A DNA stretch of 64,000 bases from an uncultured Candidatus Peribacteria bacterium (GTDB lineage Bacteria > Patescibacteriota > Gracilibacteria > UBA1369): positions 1,060 through 65,059 of the forward strand of contig CAZUXI010000006.1 of assembly GCA_964624115.1 (NCBI GenBank), read 5' to 3'. Within the stretch, counting starts at the first letter, position 1. Every line of letters starts with the position of its first letter. Shown piece by piece: positions 35,962-46,135 of this stretch. The notes under the pieces were generated by a model that worked only from the letters and a program-made list of their open reading frames with translations, was not told the DNA's origin and made no database searches. A program made the position numbers and the translations under genes.

Positions 35962-36840
35962 TTATGTTTTTCTTACGGAAATATGAAACAGACCTTTCGG
36001 CTTCAGAAGTAAAATGAAGAAGGCAAACAGGAACACAATGACCAACCTCCAGGCCTCAGAAAAATTAAAACCACCCACCGAGAAAGAAATAAAAATTTCC
36101 GGCAGAAGAACAAAAAGATACGAGGCCAAAACCATTCCTCGAAAAGAATGAACTCCACCTACCAAGAGAGCCACAAAAGCAAGAATAACTGGGTCACTTC
36201 CCGCCGTTGGCGAAATCCCGTTATTCATTCCCGTTAAAATACCAATACAACCACTCAGCGCTCCAGCAATCAAGAAAATAAACCTCTGAACCCTTTGAAC
36301 TTTTATCCCCATCAAACTTGCACATTCGGGATGTTGTGCAATGGCTCTAACCGCAAGTCCAAAAGGAAACATTTGAAAAAGAGTCCAAAAAGTAACCGTA
36401 CATCCAATTCCTAAGAGAAGAGTATAAACTCCAACCTCGGTCAGAAAAATTCCACCAAAATTATAGGTTTTTAACACATCATCAAAAAGAAATTTACCTC
36501 CCGAACCAAAACTCAAAGCTAACACGGCTTGATGGAGAAGCCACAAAGCAATACTTACCAATAAAGCTAAAAGCTCTTTTTTTTCTTGGAGAAAAGGGAG
36601 GAGCAGACGGTAATGAAGAAAACCTAAAATGGCCGAACCAATAATCCCACTTACGACCCCTCCAATAATCCCCAAAAAAGGGATGAAAAAATAACTCAAA
36701 TACGCTCCGCTCACTAAAATTCCACTCAACCCAATATGGTACACCCGGCACACGGAATAAATTAGGTAAAGTGCTGCCGCAAGCAGCAGCACTTGAGTCC
36801 CAGAGACCAGACTATTGAGTAAAATTTGAAGGACAAACAT
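35962..36840 (-). CDS. Branched-chain amino acid-type ABC permease, LivH-like
   Basis: Polytopic membrane protein. Its stop abuts the LivM-like start. Confidence 0.7.
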   Translation of the reverse strand: MFVLQILLNSLVSGTQVLLLAAALYLIYSVCRVYHIGLSGILVSGAYLSYFFIPFLGIIGGVVSGIIGSAILGFLHYRLLLPFLQEKKELLALLVSIALWLLHQAVLALSFGSGGKFLFDDVLKTYNFGGIFLTEVGVYTLLLGIGCTVTFWTLFQMFPFGLAVRAIAQHPECASLMGIKVQRVQRFIFLIAGALSGCIGILTGMNNGISPTAGSDPVILAFVALLVGGVHSFRGMVLASYLFVLLPEIFISFSVGGFNFSEAWRLVIVFLFAFFILLLKPKGLFHISVRKT

Positions 36841-36858
36841 ACAATCGAGCAGTGGAAT

Positions 36859-38025
36859 TTAATTTTTAGGAACAATTTTCCCGTCACGGATTTCAAAACG
36901 AGCGACCTCAATTAATTCAACAAAAGTTTTTCCCTTAAAACGTAAGGTGCCAAGATTTCCCAAAAATTCAACATTTCGAAATTTCTGTTTAATTTTTTCA
37001 GAATCGCTCTCATTTTCCATAATGACTTGAGTGAGAATATTCATTGCATCCAATGTTGCTGCAGTATAGTAACTTCCTAAGTTATCTAAGCTCCCACGTT
37101 CTGAAACAATCCGATTCATCACCGCGGTAAACTCAGGTGAATTAATTTTAGGTGCATCAAAAAGAACGGTACCTTCAAGTGTTTCAGGTGAAATTTTTAA
37201 AATATTTTCTCCCATAAGGGTAAACGCCCCAACTTTGGCAAACTTCCAATCTTTCATTTCAGCCAATTGTTTAACCATTGCCTCAGCAGTAGCTCCAACA
37301 TTTGGATTCAAAAACACTACTTCTGGATTTGCTTCCTTCATTTTAGTAAGCTGGTTTCTAAAATTTAAATTACTTTTTGCAAAATCTTCATTAAATACAA
37401 CCTCCGTTTTTGGATATTTTTCAGCAAGAACTTTGGTCACATTGGATTTAAACGCCTGATTATAATCATTTTGTTCATTGATCAGTGCCACCCGCGTATA
37501 CTTTCCAAGTTCATCAGCAAGCGCTTTTGCCACGCCATCATCACTATAAGATAACGAAAATAAATTTGGACTTTTCCCTTCTACTTCAGGACTTGAAGAC
37601 CAAGGAGTGAGTGCAAAAACATTTTTTTGTTCCAAAAGTGGCGCAAATCCAAGTGTTTCTGAAGAACAGGTTCCGCCCAGAATAAACCGAACACCATCAA
37701 CCGCGGTCAGTTTTTCAAAAGCCGTAACCGCATCGATCCCTGAACATTTTCCATCCTCAAAAATAAAATCAAACTCATAACCTTTCGCTTTTGCCGCTTC
37801 GTTGACGAAAGGAATTTGATAATCGAGAACACGCTTAATCTCTTCTCCAAATGCGGCTGCATCGCCAGTGAGTGGAAGAATGACGCCGATTTTTACTTTT
37901 TTCATTTCAGAATTTTGTGTTGTTGAACCTGAACTGTTTTGATTTTGGTTCCGAGTTTCGATGTCAGAACAACCTGTCAGCAGAAGTGCTGAGATCATTC
38001 CCATCGAGAAGAGTAACTTTTTCAT
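36859..38025 (-). CDS. Lipoprotein substrate-binding protein of the Liv-type ABC importer
   Basis: Lipobox LLTGC. A periplasmic-binding-protein type I-like sequence (KIGVILPLTGDAAAFG). Confidence 0.75.
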   Translation of the reverse strand: MKKLLFSMGMISALLLTGCSDIETRNQNQNSSGSTTQNSEMKKVKIGVILPLTGDAAAFGEEIKRVLDYQIPFVNEAAKAKGYEFDFIFEDGKCSGIDAVTAFEKLTAVDGVRFILGGTCSSETLGFAPLLEQKNVFALTPWSSSPEVEGKSPNLFSLSYSDDGVAKALADELGKYTRVALINEQNDYNQAFKSNVTKVLAEKYPKTEVVFNEDFAKSNLNFRNQLTKMKEANPEVVFLNPNVGATAEAMVKQLAEMKDWKFAKVGAFTLMGENILKISPETLEGTVLFDAPKINSPEFTAVMNRIVSERGSLDNLGSYYTAATLDAMNILTQVIMENESDSEKIKQKFRNVEFLGNLGTLRFKGKTFVELIEVARFEIRDGKIVPKN

Positions 38026-38134
38026 GTGAGAAATATAAAAAATAATTGAGTACTCTATCCTTTCGTATTATCTTCGACAGATCAAGTTAGGTAATTGTAA
38101 TAAATGCTTTACTTCAGTAATAAAGCGGTGTATT

Positions 38135-38160
38135 AATTGTGTCGAAAAATTCCGACAATT
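38135..38160. promoter_or_regulatory. Imperfect inverted repeat (AATTGTGTCG, 8 nt, CGACAATT), candidate operator
   Basis: Lies in the divergent region between the liv operon and the TrmB-family regulator, 22 nt before ATG 38182. Confidence 0.3.
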
Positions 38161-38181
38161 TGGGAATTTAACCTTGAACAC

Positions 38182-38901
38182 ATGAATCCACATCAATTTC
38201 AACAACTCGGTTTCAACGAAAAAGAGGCCAAAGTATACCTTGCACTGAATAAAATCGGTCAAGCTCCCGCCTCAGTTCTCGCTCGCCTCTGTAACCTCAA
38301 ACGGACCTCCATCTATGACATTCTCGGAACACTCCTTGAACGAAATCTCGTCACAACAGTAAAGCAGGGAACCCATACTTACTACGCCATCGACGACCAC
38401 CGCAAAATCTACTACGAAGCAAAAGAACGGTTAGATACAGCAAAAATCCTTCTCGAACAACTCAAGTCCGAACAACAATCCCCAGAAATTGAAGTAAACT
38501 ACTATAAAGGGAAAGAAGGCTATATTGAAATGTACAATCACATTTTAGCCCAAAACCCCAAGGAACTTTTAGGTTGGATGCATCTCGATAAATTTTACCT
38601 GGCTCTTGATCCTGTTTACGAAGAGAACTGGACGAAAAAACGAATCGAACAAAATATCCATGTTCGTCTCCTCCTCCAAAAAACACCCCTCACGATAAAT
38701 TTCCAATCCAAAGATCCTGTTTCCAAACGCGAAACCAAATTCATCCCTCCAGATAAACCTTTCAACACCACCTGTTTTCTCTACGAAAACTACGTCACCT
38801 TTTTTGATTCCAGCAAAAACATCACGGGAATTCGAATCCACCATCCTCAGCTCTACCAGATGCAAAAACAGATTTTTGAAATGAACTGGTCTTCCCTCTA
38901 A
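38182..38901 (+). CDS. TrmB-family transcriptional regulator
   Basis: N-terminal wHTH LGFNEKEAKVYLALNKIGQAPASVLARLCNLKRTSIYDILGTLLERNLV. Confidence 0.75.
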   Translation: MNPHQFQQLGFNEKEAKVYLALNKIGQAPASVLARLCNLKRTSIYDILGTLLERNLVTTVKQGTHTYYAIDDHRKIYYEAKERLDTAKILLEQLKSEQQSPEIEVNYYKGKEGYIEMYNHILAQNPKELLGWMHLDKFYLALDPVYEENWTKKRIEQNIHVRLLLQKTPLTINFQSKDPVSKRETKFIPPDKPFNTTCFLYENYVTFFDSSKNITGIRIHHPQLYQMQKQIFEMNWSSL

Positions 38902-40991
38902 AACGGCCAATTATTGTCGAACTCTCTTCCCGTAAACCAATGTGAACGTTGCGCTTGAAAATAACGTTTTGCAACCTCTTCACCATGAGCAGTAGTGAAA
39001 TGAGTTTCCCCAACCTTACGGGCAACAGGAACATCATAGTATCTTTCTGCACCATCGTAGGCATGATAAAGAACAACATCATAAGAAAACTCTCCATAAA
39101 AATCTTCACAATGCCGAACCGTGTAAAGCCGTACATCTTCATCTGAAATCGTTACTGGAAACGGGGAATAATTAAAATAATGTGGATTAAAAGCAATGTT
39201 AAAAGCACGTTCCAAATCTTCAACACAAAGCAGATCATATTTTCTCATCGCATCCTGATATTTTTCCGCGGCTCTTTTTCCTTCGACACTGGTATAGTAA
39301 TGAATGCCTTCGCCATACTTTTCTTTAAAACGGTCACGTGCTAAAAGGTGAACCCCTGCTTGATCGGTATAAATACCCAGCTCATAGGGGGCAATAAGAT
39401 ATTTTACGGAGGGCATAAAGCCGCCAATCATACGAAAATTTCCGACTGCAAATTTGTCACCTGTTAATACATCCAGATTCCAACTTCCAGGAGTACTGTT
39501 TGCCTTCACGGGGTGAACGATTTCAGCCGGATCTTCCATGATTTTTTTATGGTCCCGCAAATAAGGAGCCAAATGAGCGTTTGGTCGACCAATCTGAATT
39601 CCCTTATGTTGAAAATAGAGAGTACGTTCTTTAAGAAACAAATCAATATATTTCATGAGCAAGGCACTATCATGAGACATTCGATCGAGCATTTTTTTAT
39701 TTTGAAGAAGATACTCTTCAATAAACGGACGTAATTCATGAATAATACCTTCCGAAATTCCATAGCGCAGCATGAGTTGTTCTTCAAAGTTTTTTTGAAT
39801 CGACTGAAAATGATTCACGTTAAATTTTTTTGGAATCGGAAATTTGGGGCCATCTTCCAAATAAAAAGTTTCTTCTTTCAGTTGATCAGCAATCGTTCCG
39901 CGAACTAACATTTGCTTCTCTTCATGTTCTGTACGTTCTCGGTATTTACCTGTTTCATAAAGACCAACACCTGCTGTTAAAGTCATAGTTGCGGCCACGG
40001 CCACTCGGGTCCAAGCTTGAGCTTTAACCCGAGCTAAATGGAAATAATTTTTTTTCGTATCCACATGGACCGTTTCAAATCGACTCCCTTCAAATAACTT
40101 CAAGAGCGGCTCTAATTCCTGGATATTTTTATACCCACCCTTTTTCCCCTTCACAATTTTTTCAATGACATCATCATAAACCCCTTGGCGATCCACCCCC
40201 ATATGAATATTCCTCCCACATAAAATTTCCCGTAAACGAATCGCAATCTCGGTTAGTCCATAATATTTTGCAAGTCCTAACTTTGATTTATTTTGGCGAA
40301 TTTTTTCAGGAACGGTATGAATAAAAACATTCTCCAAAATCGAATTTTTTTTCATCGCCTCGTGGAGAAATTTGGCAATCATCAAAGTTGACGGATTGGC
40401 TCCTAAAGCCACTTCACCACCACCAAATGCAGCTTCAATGTCCATCACTCCATCACTTTTGACACAGCTTCGAAGTTTTTCAAACAACTCCAGATGTTCT
40501 GGCAACATTTCAATATTAACCACCTCTAAAGCGTCAGGACCTTTCTTAAATTTTCTCTTCGCAATATCAGAAATTTTCTTCATCTCATCCTCGACTGAAA
40601 TTGCCCCCTTCAAATCATCATCACCATTAAAAATCTCGCTCAATGCCCTCGCCACAATAACCTGTCCTTTTTCACCTTCAGCGAGATGAGTAAATAAATA
40701 ATCGAGGGCTGCTTCCAAAAACGCATCTGAATAAATCTGCTCCGGCGCACCCCAACCGGCAAAACGTTGAAAACCTTCAGCAAAAGTATCCTCAAAAAAC
40801 TTCCCAACATAAACCCCATGATTTTTACTCGTAAGCACGGGTTCTTCAACCTTTTCAAGGGTTTTTCCCTGAAAAGTTAGTTCATGACTTATATAACTCT
40901 GATCCTTCGGAAGAATCAAAAAAGCATCCCGCACCGTTTGGGGCAGAGGAATAGATTCAAAACGACTGGTAGGAACTGAAGCTTTCGCCAT
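38898..40991 (-). CDS. ORFan protein (about 697 aa), no recognisable motif
   Basis: ORF 38898..41009 begins with a TTG; the first ATG is at 40991. Its 3' end overlaps the TrmB regulator gene by 4 nt. Confidence 0.6.
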   Translation of the reverse strand: MAKASVPTSRFESIPLPQTVRDAFLILPKDQSYISHELTFQGKTLEKVEEPVLTSKNHGVYVGKFFEDTFAEGFQRFAGWGAPEQIYSDAFLEAALDYLFTHLAEGEKGQVIVARALSEIFNGDDDLKGAISVEDEMKKISDIAKRKFKKGPDALEVVNIEMLPEHLELFEKLRSCVKSDGVMDIEAAFGGGEVALGANPSTLMIAKFLHEAMKKNSILENVFIHTVPEKIRQNKSKLGLAKYYGLTEIAIRLREILCGRNIHMGVDRQGVYDDVIEKIVKGKKGGYKNIQELEPLLKLFEGSRFETVHVDTKKNYFHLARVKAQAWTRVAVAATMTLTAGVGLYETGKYRERTEHEEKQMLVRGTIADQLKEETFYLEDGPKFPIPKKFNVNHFQSIQKNFEEQLMLRYGISEGIIHELRPFIEEYLLQNKKMLDRMSHDSALLMKYIDLFLKERTLYFQHKGIQIGRPNAHLAPYLRDHKKIMEDPAEIVHPVKANSTPGSWNLDVLTGDKFAVGNFRMIGGFMPSVKYLIAPYELGIYTDQAGVHLLARDRFKEKYGEGIHYYTSVEGKRAAEKYQDAMRKYDLLCVEDLERAFNIAFNPHYFNYSPFPVTISDEDVRLYTVRHCEDFYGEFSYDVVLYHAYDGAERYYDVPVARKVGETHFTTAHGEEVAKRYFQAQRSHWFTGREFDNNWPF

Positions 40992-41074
40992 ACTTTTTGG
41001 ATTGCTCAAAGGTGCATTTTATAAGACAAAGCATTCGTTTTGTCAAGAAATCACTTGGTAAATTCCAAGCTTTC

Positions 41075-41148
41075 CAAGCATCAAACCCTCAAATAAATTC
41101 TAATTTAAAATTTAGAATATTAAATATTCATTGGTCGGTTGATGCTTG
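41075..41148. repeat. Nested AT-rich inverted repeat in a divergent promoter region
   Basis: Outer arms are CAAGCATCAAACC (41075-41087) and GGTTGATGCTTG (41137-41148). The inner palindrome is ATTCTAA (41097-41103) / TTAGAAT (41112-41118). Confidence 0.6.
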
Positions 41149-41236
41149 ATTATTAGAATTTACCCCCTGTAGCTTTTTCCCAAAAAAGTAAGCATACTCG
41201 CAATAGCGAAAAGCGGTACAAATTTATGCCTTCACC

Positions 41237-44200
41237 ATGGACCACGACCTCAGAAAATCTCTCGAACACAAATTCCAAGAACGCTACCAAAACCTCAACC
41301 CAGAGCAAAAATCAGCCGTTGATACCATTGAGGGGCCGGTTCTTGTTATCGCGGGTCCTGGTTCTGGAAAAACCGAACTCTTAAGTCTGCGGGTATGTAA
41401 CATCCTCCAACTCACCGACACCCTTCCATCCTCCATCCTCTGCCTTACCTTTACTGATGCCGCCGCCATCAATATGAAAAAACGCCTCGCCAGTCTCATC
41501 GGGCAAGAAGCCTATCGCGTAGCCATCCATACTTTCCATAGTTTCGGCGCCGAAATCATCAACCGTAACCCTGAGTACTTTTATGAAGGTGCAGAGTACA
41601 AAGCAGCAGACCAGCTCACCCAGTACGCCATTATTGAAAAAATTCTCAAAGAGCTCCCTCACAATGCTCAGCTCAACTCCTACCATCCTGATCAGGGATA
41701 CACATACCTCTCCTCAATTCTCAACAAAATCAGTGAACTGAAAAAAGGGGGCTTAACTCCAAAAAACTTTGACGAAATTTTGGAAGAAAATAAAAAATTT
41801 CTTGAACAAGCAAATCCACTCCTCGGTGAAACCTTCACCGACCGCATCTCGAAACAAACCATCGAAAAAATTCCTGAACTCATTACTCAGCTTGAACAAA
41901 TCCCTGAATCACCTCGGTCCTTTCAACTCCCATACCTCACCCTTCAGGAGATCATCATCACGAGTCTTAAACAGGCCTACGCTGAAGCTACTGAAGAAAA
42001 ACTCAATACCAAACCCATCACCACCTGGAAAAACACCTATACCAAAAAAAATGCCAAAAAGGAGACCGTCCTTGTTGACCTCGAACGTCTAAAAAAACAC
42101 AAAGAACTCGCCCACATCTACACCGAATACCAAAAACAGCTCCATACCCAAGGCTACTTCGATTTCGACGACATGCTTTTGGATACCACCCAAGCCCTCC
42201 AAAACAATCCCGAACTCAAATACAACCTCCAAGAACGTTATCAGTATATCCTCGTGGACGAGTTTCAAGACACCAACGGCGTCCAAATGCGCCTCCTCGA
42301 ACAACTTCTCGACGCTAAAATCAACGAAGGGCGCCCAAATATTCTCGCGGTAGGGGACGACGACCAGGCCATTTATAAATTTCAAGGTGCCAACATCGAC
42401 AACATTCTCGGCTTCCACGAAAAATACCGTGAACCTGTTACCATCGTTCTCCAAAAAAACTACCGTTCCACCCAACCCATCTTAGACTTTGTCCGCAAAA
42501 TCATCCTCACTGGCTCTGACCGCCTCGAAACCCGCCTTCCCGAACAAATGACCAAAGATCTCCAAGCCGCCAACCTTGAACTTAAACCCGGTGAAATTCT
42601 CGAAAAAGAGTTTCCCACCAACCTTCACGAACTCATCTGGATTGCTCATCACATCAAGCAAAAACTAGAAACAAAAGAGTGTGAACCTTCCGAAATCGCC
42701 ATCATTGGACCAAAACATAAACTTCTCGAACAAGCCGCCAAAGTCTTCGATTATTTTGGAATCAGTGTTGCCTACGAACGAAAAAAAGATCTCCTCAAAC
42801 AAACCCATATCGCCGAGCTGGTCAACATGCTCCACTTCATCAACTCCATTGCCCGCCACGACCAGGCGGAAGCCGACGAATATCTTCCTCCCATTCTCAG
42901 CTACCCTTTCTGGAACCTTCAAACCATCGAGATCTGGCAAATTTCCGTCAAAGCCCATAAAGAAAAAAAACGCTGGATGGAAATCATGCTCGAAAGTGAA
43001 GACGAAAAACTCCATTCCATTGCACAGTTCTTTATCACCCTCGGTGTACTCGCGAAAGAAAAAACCGCCGAGGAAATCATTGATCTCATCACGGGAATCA
43101 CCATTGAAAAAAACGCCGACCAGTCTTTCCAAAGCCCTTACAAAAACTTCTACTTTCAAACGAGTGAACTCCAAACCACCTCCCTCGAATACCTTGACCG
43201 TCTCCAAAGCCTCCAATCTTTCATCCAAGAACTCCGCGCTTATAAAGGCATTGGTGTCCTCAGCCTCAGTGATGCCATCGAATTCCTCGATCTCCATGAA
43301 AAGCATCGTCTTTCCCTTTACTATAAAAGCAATTTCAATAACGACAAAACCGCCGTCAACCTCATCACCGCACACGGTGCCAAAGGTCTCGAATTCGAAA
43401 ACGTCTACATTATCAACTGTGAAGAAGAGGAGTGGATTAAAAAAGGAAACTTGAACAAAATCACCTTCCCGACCAACCTCCCACTTGCACCAGAAAACGA
43501 AAACATCGACGACCAACTCCGCCTCTTTTACGTAGCTCTCACCCGCGCCAAACGTAACCTCTACCTCACCAGACATCAGTACACCAAAGAAGGAAATGAA
43601 AACCTCAGACTCCGTTTTTTAGAAAACGAAACCAACGCTACCGAAAAGAAAAAGAAAGAAAACATCAGTGCCGCAACCATCGACCAACTCCAATCTGATC
43701 TCAAAGGCACCGAAGAAACCGCCAAGCTCCTTGAACTCTTTTCAATCATCCAAAAACACGAAGTCCGCAACACCAGCCAGCAAGAACTCCTCAAAAATCT
43801 CCTCAATGAATACAAACTCAGTGTCACCCATCTCAATAATTTCCTCGATCTCACCGAAGGAGGGCCCCAAACTTTTATCGAAAAAAATCTCCTCCGTTTC
43901 CCACAAAAAATAAATTCCAGTGGAGCCTACGGTTCAGCCATCCACCAAGCCCTCAACTGTCTTTCCTTTGAACTCAAAAAAACTCACATTCTGCCCCCGG
44001 TTGAGTACCTCCTCCAAGAGTTCGAAAAATCTCTCACCACTCAGCGACTCAACCGCCTCGACGACAAAAAATTCCGTGCCAAAGGCCTTGAACATTTGAA
44101 AACTTATTACGAACAACGCAAAGACACTTTCCATGAAGACGACCAAGCCGAATTCGACTTTCGTCGACAGGGAGTCGTCATCGGCTCTGGTCCCTACGCC

Positions 44201-44626
44201 GCAGAAATCACCGGGAAAATCGACAAAATGACCTTCCACCCCGAAGCCCAAGAAATCACCGTCTACGACTACAAAACCGGTAAAGCCCTCAAAGATTGGG
44301 ACCACGGCACCGAATACCAAAAAATCAAAAGCTGGAAATACCGCAACCAACTTATTTTCTATAAACTCCTCGTCGAAAACGCCCGCGACTTCAAATCTCA
44401 CTATCGCGTCCACACCGGCTATCTCGAATTTATCGAACCCCTCGACGACAAAATTCAGCTCCTCCAGCTCAGTATTACTCCGGAAGAAACCGAAAAAATG
44501 CGCAAACTCATCCAAGTCGTCTCCAAAAAAATCATGACCCTTGATTTCCCTGACATCAGCTTCTACCCCAAAACCCTCGATGGCATCAAAGGCTTCACCG
44601 AAGAACTCCTCAGCGAAAATATCTAA
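41237..44626 (+). CDS. UvrD/PcrA-family helicase fused to a C-terminal RecB-like PD-(D/E)XK nuclease (AddA/RecB-like)
   Basis: Helicase motifs AGPGSGKTE, VDEFQDTN, GDDDQAIYKFQGA, YRS and LTRAK. The C-terminus has GKIDKM...VYDYKTGK...QLIFYKLL. Confidence 0.85.
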   Translation: MDHDLRKSLEHKFQERYQNLNPEQKSAVDTIEGPVLVIAGPGSGKTELLSLRVCNILQLTDTLPSSILCLTFTDAAAINMKKRLASLIGQEAYRVAIHTFHSFGAEIINRNPEYFYEGAEYKAADQLTQYAIIEKILKELPHNAQLNSYHPDQGYTYLSSILNKISELKKGGLTPKNFDEILEENKKFLEQANPLLGETFTDRISKQTIEKIPELITQLEQIPESPRSFQLPYLTLQEIIITSLKQAYAEATEEKLNTKPITTWKNTYTKKNAKKETVLVDLERLKKHKELAHIYTEYQKQLHTQGYFDFDDMLLDTTQALQNNPELKYNLQERYQYILVDEFQDTNGVQMRLLEQLLDAKINEGRPNILAVGDDDQAIYKFQGANIDNILGFHEKYREPVTIVLQKNYRSTQPILDFVRKIILTGSDRLETRLPEQMTKDLQAANLELKPGEILEKEFPTNLHELIWIAHHIKQKLETKECEPSEIAIIGPKHKLLEQAAKVFDYFGISVAYERKKDLLKQTHIAELVNMLHFINSIARHDQAEADEYLPPILSYPFWNLQTIEIWQISVKAHKEKKRWMEIMLESEDEKLHSIAQFFITLGVLAKEKTAEEIIDLITGITIEKNADQSFQSPYKNFYFQTSELQTTSLEYLDRLQSLQSFIQELRAYKGIGVLSLSDAIEFLDLHEKHRLSLYYKSNFNNDKTAVNLITAHGAKGLEFENVYIINCEEEEWIKKGNLNKITFPTNLPLAPENENIDDQLRLFYVALTRAKRNLYLTRHQYTKEGNENLRLRFLENETNATEKKKKENISAATIDQLQSDLKGTEETAKLLELFSIIQKHEVRNTSQQELLKNLLNEYKLSVTHLNNFLDLTEGGPQTFIEKNLLRFPQKINSSGAYGSAIHQALNCLSFELKKTHILPPVEYLLQEFEKSLTTQRLNRLDDKKFRAKGLEHLKTYYEQRKDTFHEDDQAEFDFRRQGVVIGSGPYAAEITGKIDKMTFHPEAQEITVYDYKTGKALKDWDHGTEYQKIKSWKYRNQLIFYKLLVENARDFKSHYRVHTGYLEFIEPLDDKIQLLQLSITPEETEKMRKLIQVVSKKIMTLDFPDISFYPKTLDGIKGFTEELLSENI

Positions 44627-44755
44627 GAAAACTTTTCAATTCACCCAGCATCAAACCTTTTTCAGTGCTGTAAACATAGTTCCTCATCGATCTTCCCATC
44701 CCTAACCCCCACCCACCTCCTAAGGGGAAGGGTACATTCCAAAAATAAAATACTT

Positions 44756-45478
44756 CTAAAACAGCGTCGGCTGTAAATAATACTCCAGCGTATGCACCAA
44801 ATTCTCATTCTGCTCTGAGCTCTTTTTCTGCGTCTCACTTCCATAAAGCCACTCAATATATCCCCGATCCCGCGCAAAAACTTCTTCAAAACTTTTGCCC
44901 TTATATTTCCCAAATCCAAAAGTTGAAAGCAACAGGGGAGTCGTACTTAACTCCATCATCTTTTCCAAAATCTCAGTTTCTGAAAGTTCGGGATATTTTT
45001 TCCCCGCCACCGTTTTTAAATGAAAAAAAAGTTTCTCTAAAACCAAAACATCCGTCAAAGCATTGTGTGCGGCCCCCTCCACATTCAGTCCCAAAAAATA
45101 TCGTAAATACTGAAGATTATGCTCTTCACTTACAACCAAATGCCGAGCCACCTGCAAAGTATCAAGCGCCTTCGGAACCTCCACCTCTTCATTCTTCAAA
45201 ATATTCACATCAAAAACCGCATTGTGCGCTACCACCACTGAACTCTGCAACAACTCCGTTAATCGCAAACAAACTTCACTCCCCGCAAAAACCGGTTTCT
45301 CTCGTACCATCTCATTCGTAATGTGGTGCGTCGCCATCGCCCCAAAAGTAATTGGAATCGGTGGACAAAAATACTCACTCACCACCTCACCATTCGCAGA
45401 ATTTTTGTACGCCAGTTGCACTAACCTCGCCCCTTCGTCAATCCCCGTCGTTTCCGTATCGAGAAAAAGCAGTTGCAT
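44756..45478 (-). CDS. exoX: DEDDh 3'-5' exonuclease, ExoX-like
   Basis: LFLDTETTG and HNAVFDVN. The C-terminal FGFGKYKGKSFEEVFARDRGYIEWL matches the E. coli ExoX C-terminal segment (FGKYRGKAVSDVAERDPGYLRWL). Confidence 0.8.
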   Translation of the reverse strand: MQLLFLDTETTGIDEGARLVQLAYKNSANGEVVSEYFCPPIPITFGAMATHHITNEMVREKPVFAGSEVCLRLTELLQSSVVVAHNAVFDVNILKNEEVEVPKALDTLQVARHLVVSEEHNLQYLRYFLGLNVEGAAHNALTDVLVLEKLFFHLKTVAGKKYPELSETEILEKMMELSTTPLLLSTFGFGKYKGKSFEEVFARDRGYIEWLYGSETQKKSSEQNENLVHTLEYYLQPTLF

Positions 45479-45568
45479 AGGAAAATACAAAAATAAAATT
45501 ATTCATAATTTACAATAAAATAGTCTATGATAAAACCAGAAAAATGAGGACCTCTTAATTTTATCTTT

Positions 45569-45997
45569 ATGGCCGAACTCAAAACCCAGAAAAATAATGC
45601 CAGTGTAACCGCATTCATCGATACCATTGAAGACGAACAAAAACGCAAAGATTCCCACGAACTTTTAAAAATTTTCCAGGAAGTCACCAAAGAAAAACCG
45701 GTCATGTGGGGAACCGCTATCATCGGCTTTGGCCAATACCACTACAAATCCGAGCGAAGCAAACAGGAAGGCGACTGGCCACTCACCGGTTTTTCACCAA
45801 GAAAACAAAACCTCACCATTTACATCATGTCCGGTTTTGGTGACCAAAAAAAGCTTCTCGAAAAAATCGGCAAACACAAAATAAGTAGCGGCTCCTGCCT
45901 CTATATTAAACGCTTATCAGATATCGATGTTGGAATATTAAAACAACTCATTAAAGCCTCATTCGAATATATGAACGAAAAACACAACGTGAAATAA
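45569..45997 (+). CDS. DUF1801 (YdhG-like) domain protein
   Basis: VTAFIDTIEDEQKRKDSHELLKIF...MWGTAIIGFGQYHYK pattern; 142 aa. Confidence 0.65.
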   Translation: MAELKTQKNNASVTAFIDTIEDEQKRKDSHELLKIFQEVTKEKPVMWGTAIIGFGQYHYKSERSKQEGDWPLTGFSPRKQNLTIYIMSGFGDQKKLLEKIGKHKISSGSCLYIKRLSDIDVGILKQLIKASFEYMNEKHNVK

Positions 45998-46135
45998 AAC
46001 TCCATTATTTTTTCCCCCGATCCATAACACTCCCCACCTTCTTCCCAGTCGATTGATAAAACAGCACCCTCTATTTCTAGTCAGCAAAAATAAAAGTGAT
46101 CCACATCACCATTTGTTCTTTTGATACAAAAATCT

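Noticed and set aside
41075-41148. The AT-rich nested palindrome as a replication origin
   Set aside because: No cluster of DnaA-box-like 9-mers (TTATCCACA or close variants) is seen here or elsewhere in the window. No dnaA/dnaN is nearby. A divergent-promoter operator is the simpler reading.
42089-44515. Long antisense and alternative-frame ORFs inside the helicase gene (303 aa at 42665-43576 minus, 257 aa at 42681-43454 plus, 193 aa, 128 aa)
   Set aside because: The helicase frame carries a complete, ordered set of UvrD and RecB-nuclease motifs. The shadow ORFs translate to low-complexity F/V/E/G-rich or S/P/K-rich strings. They are explained by the strong C/A preference at third codon positions in this gene, which depletes stop codons in other frames.
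41077-44657. 11-nt direct repeat AGCATCAAACC on both sides of the helicase gene (41077-41087 and 44647-44657), considered as a possible target-site duplication
   Set aside because: In 64 kb, hundreds of chance identical 11-mer pairs are expected (about N^2/2 divided by 4^11). No terminal inverted repeats or transposase accompany it.
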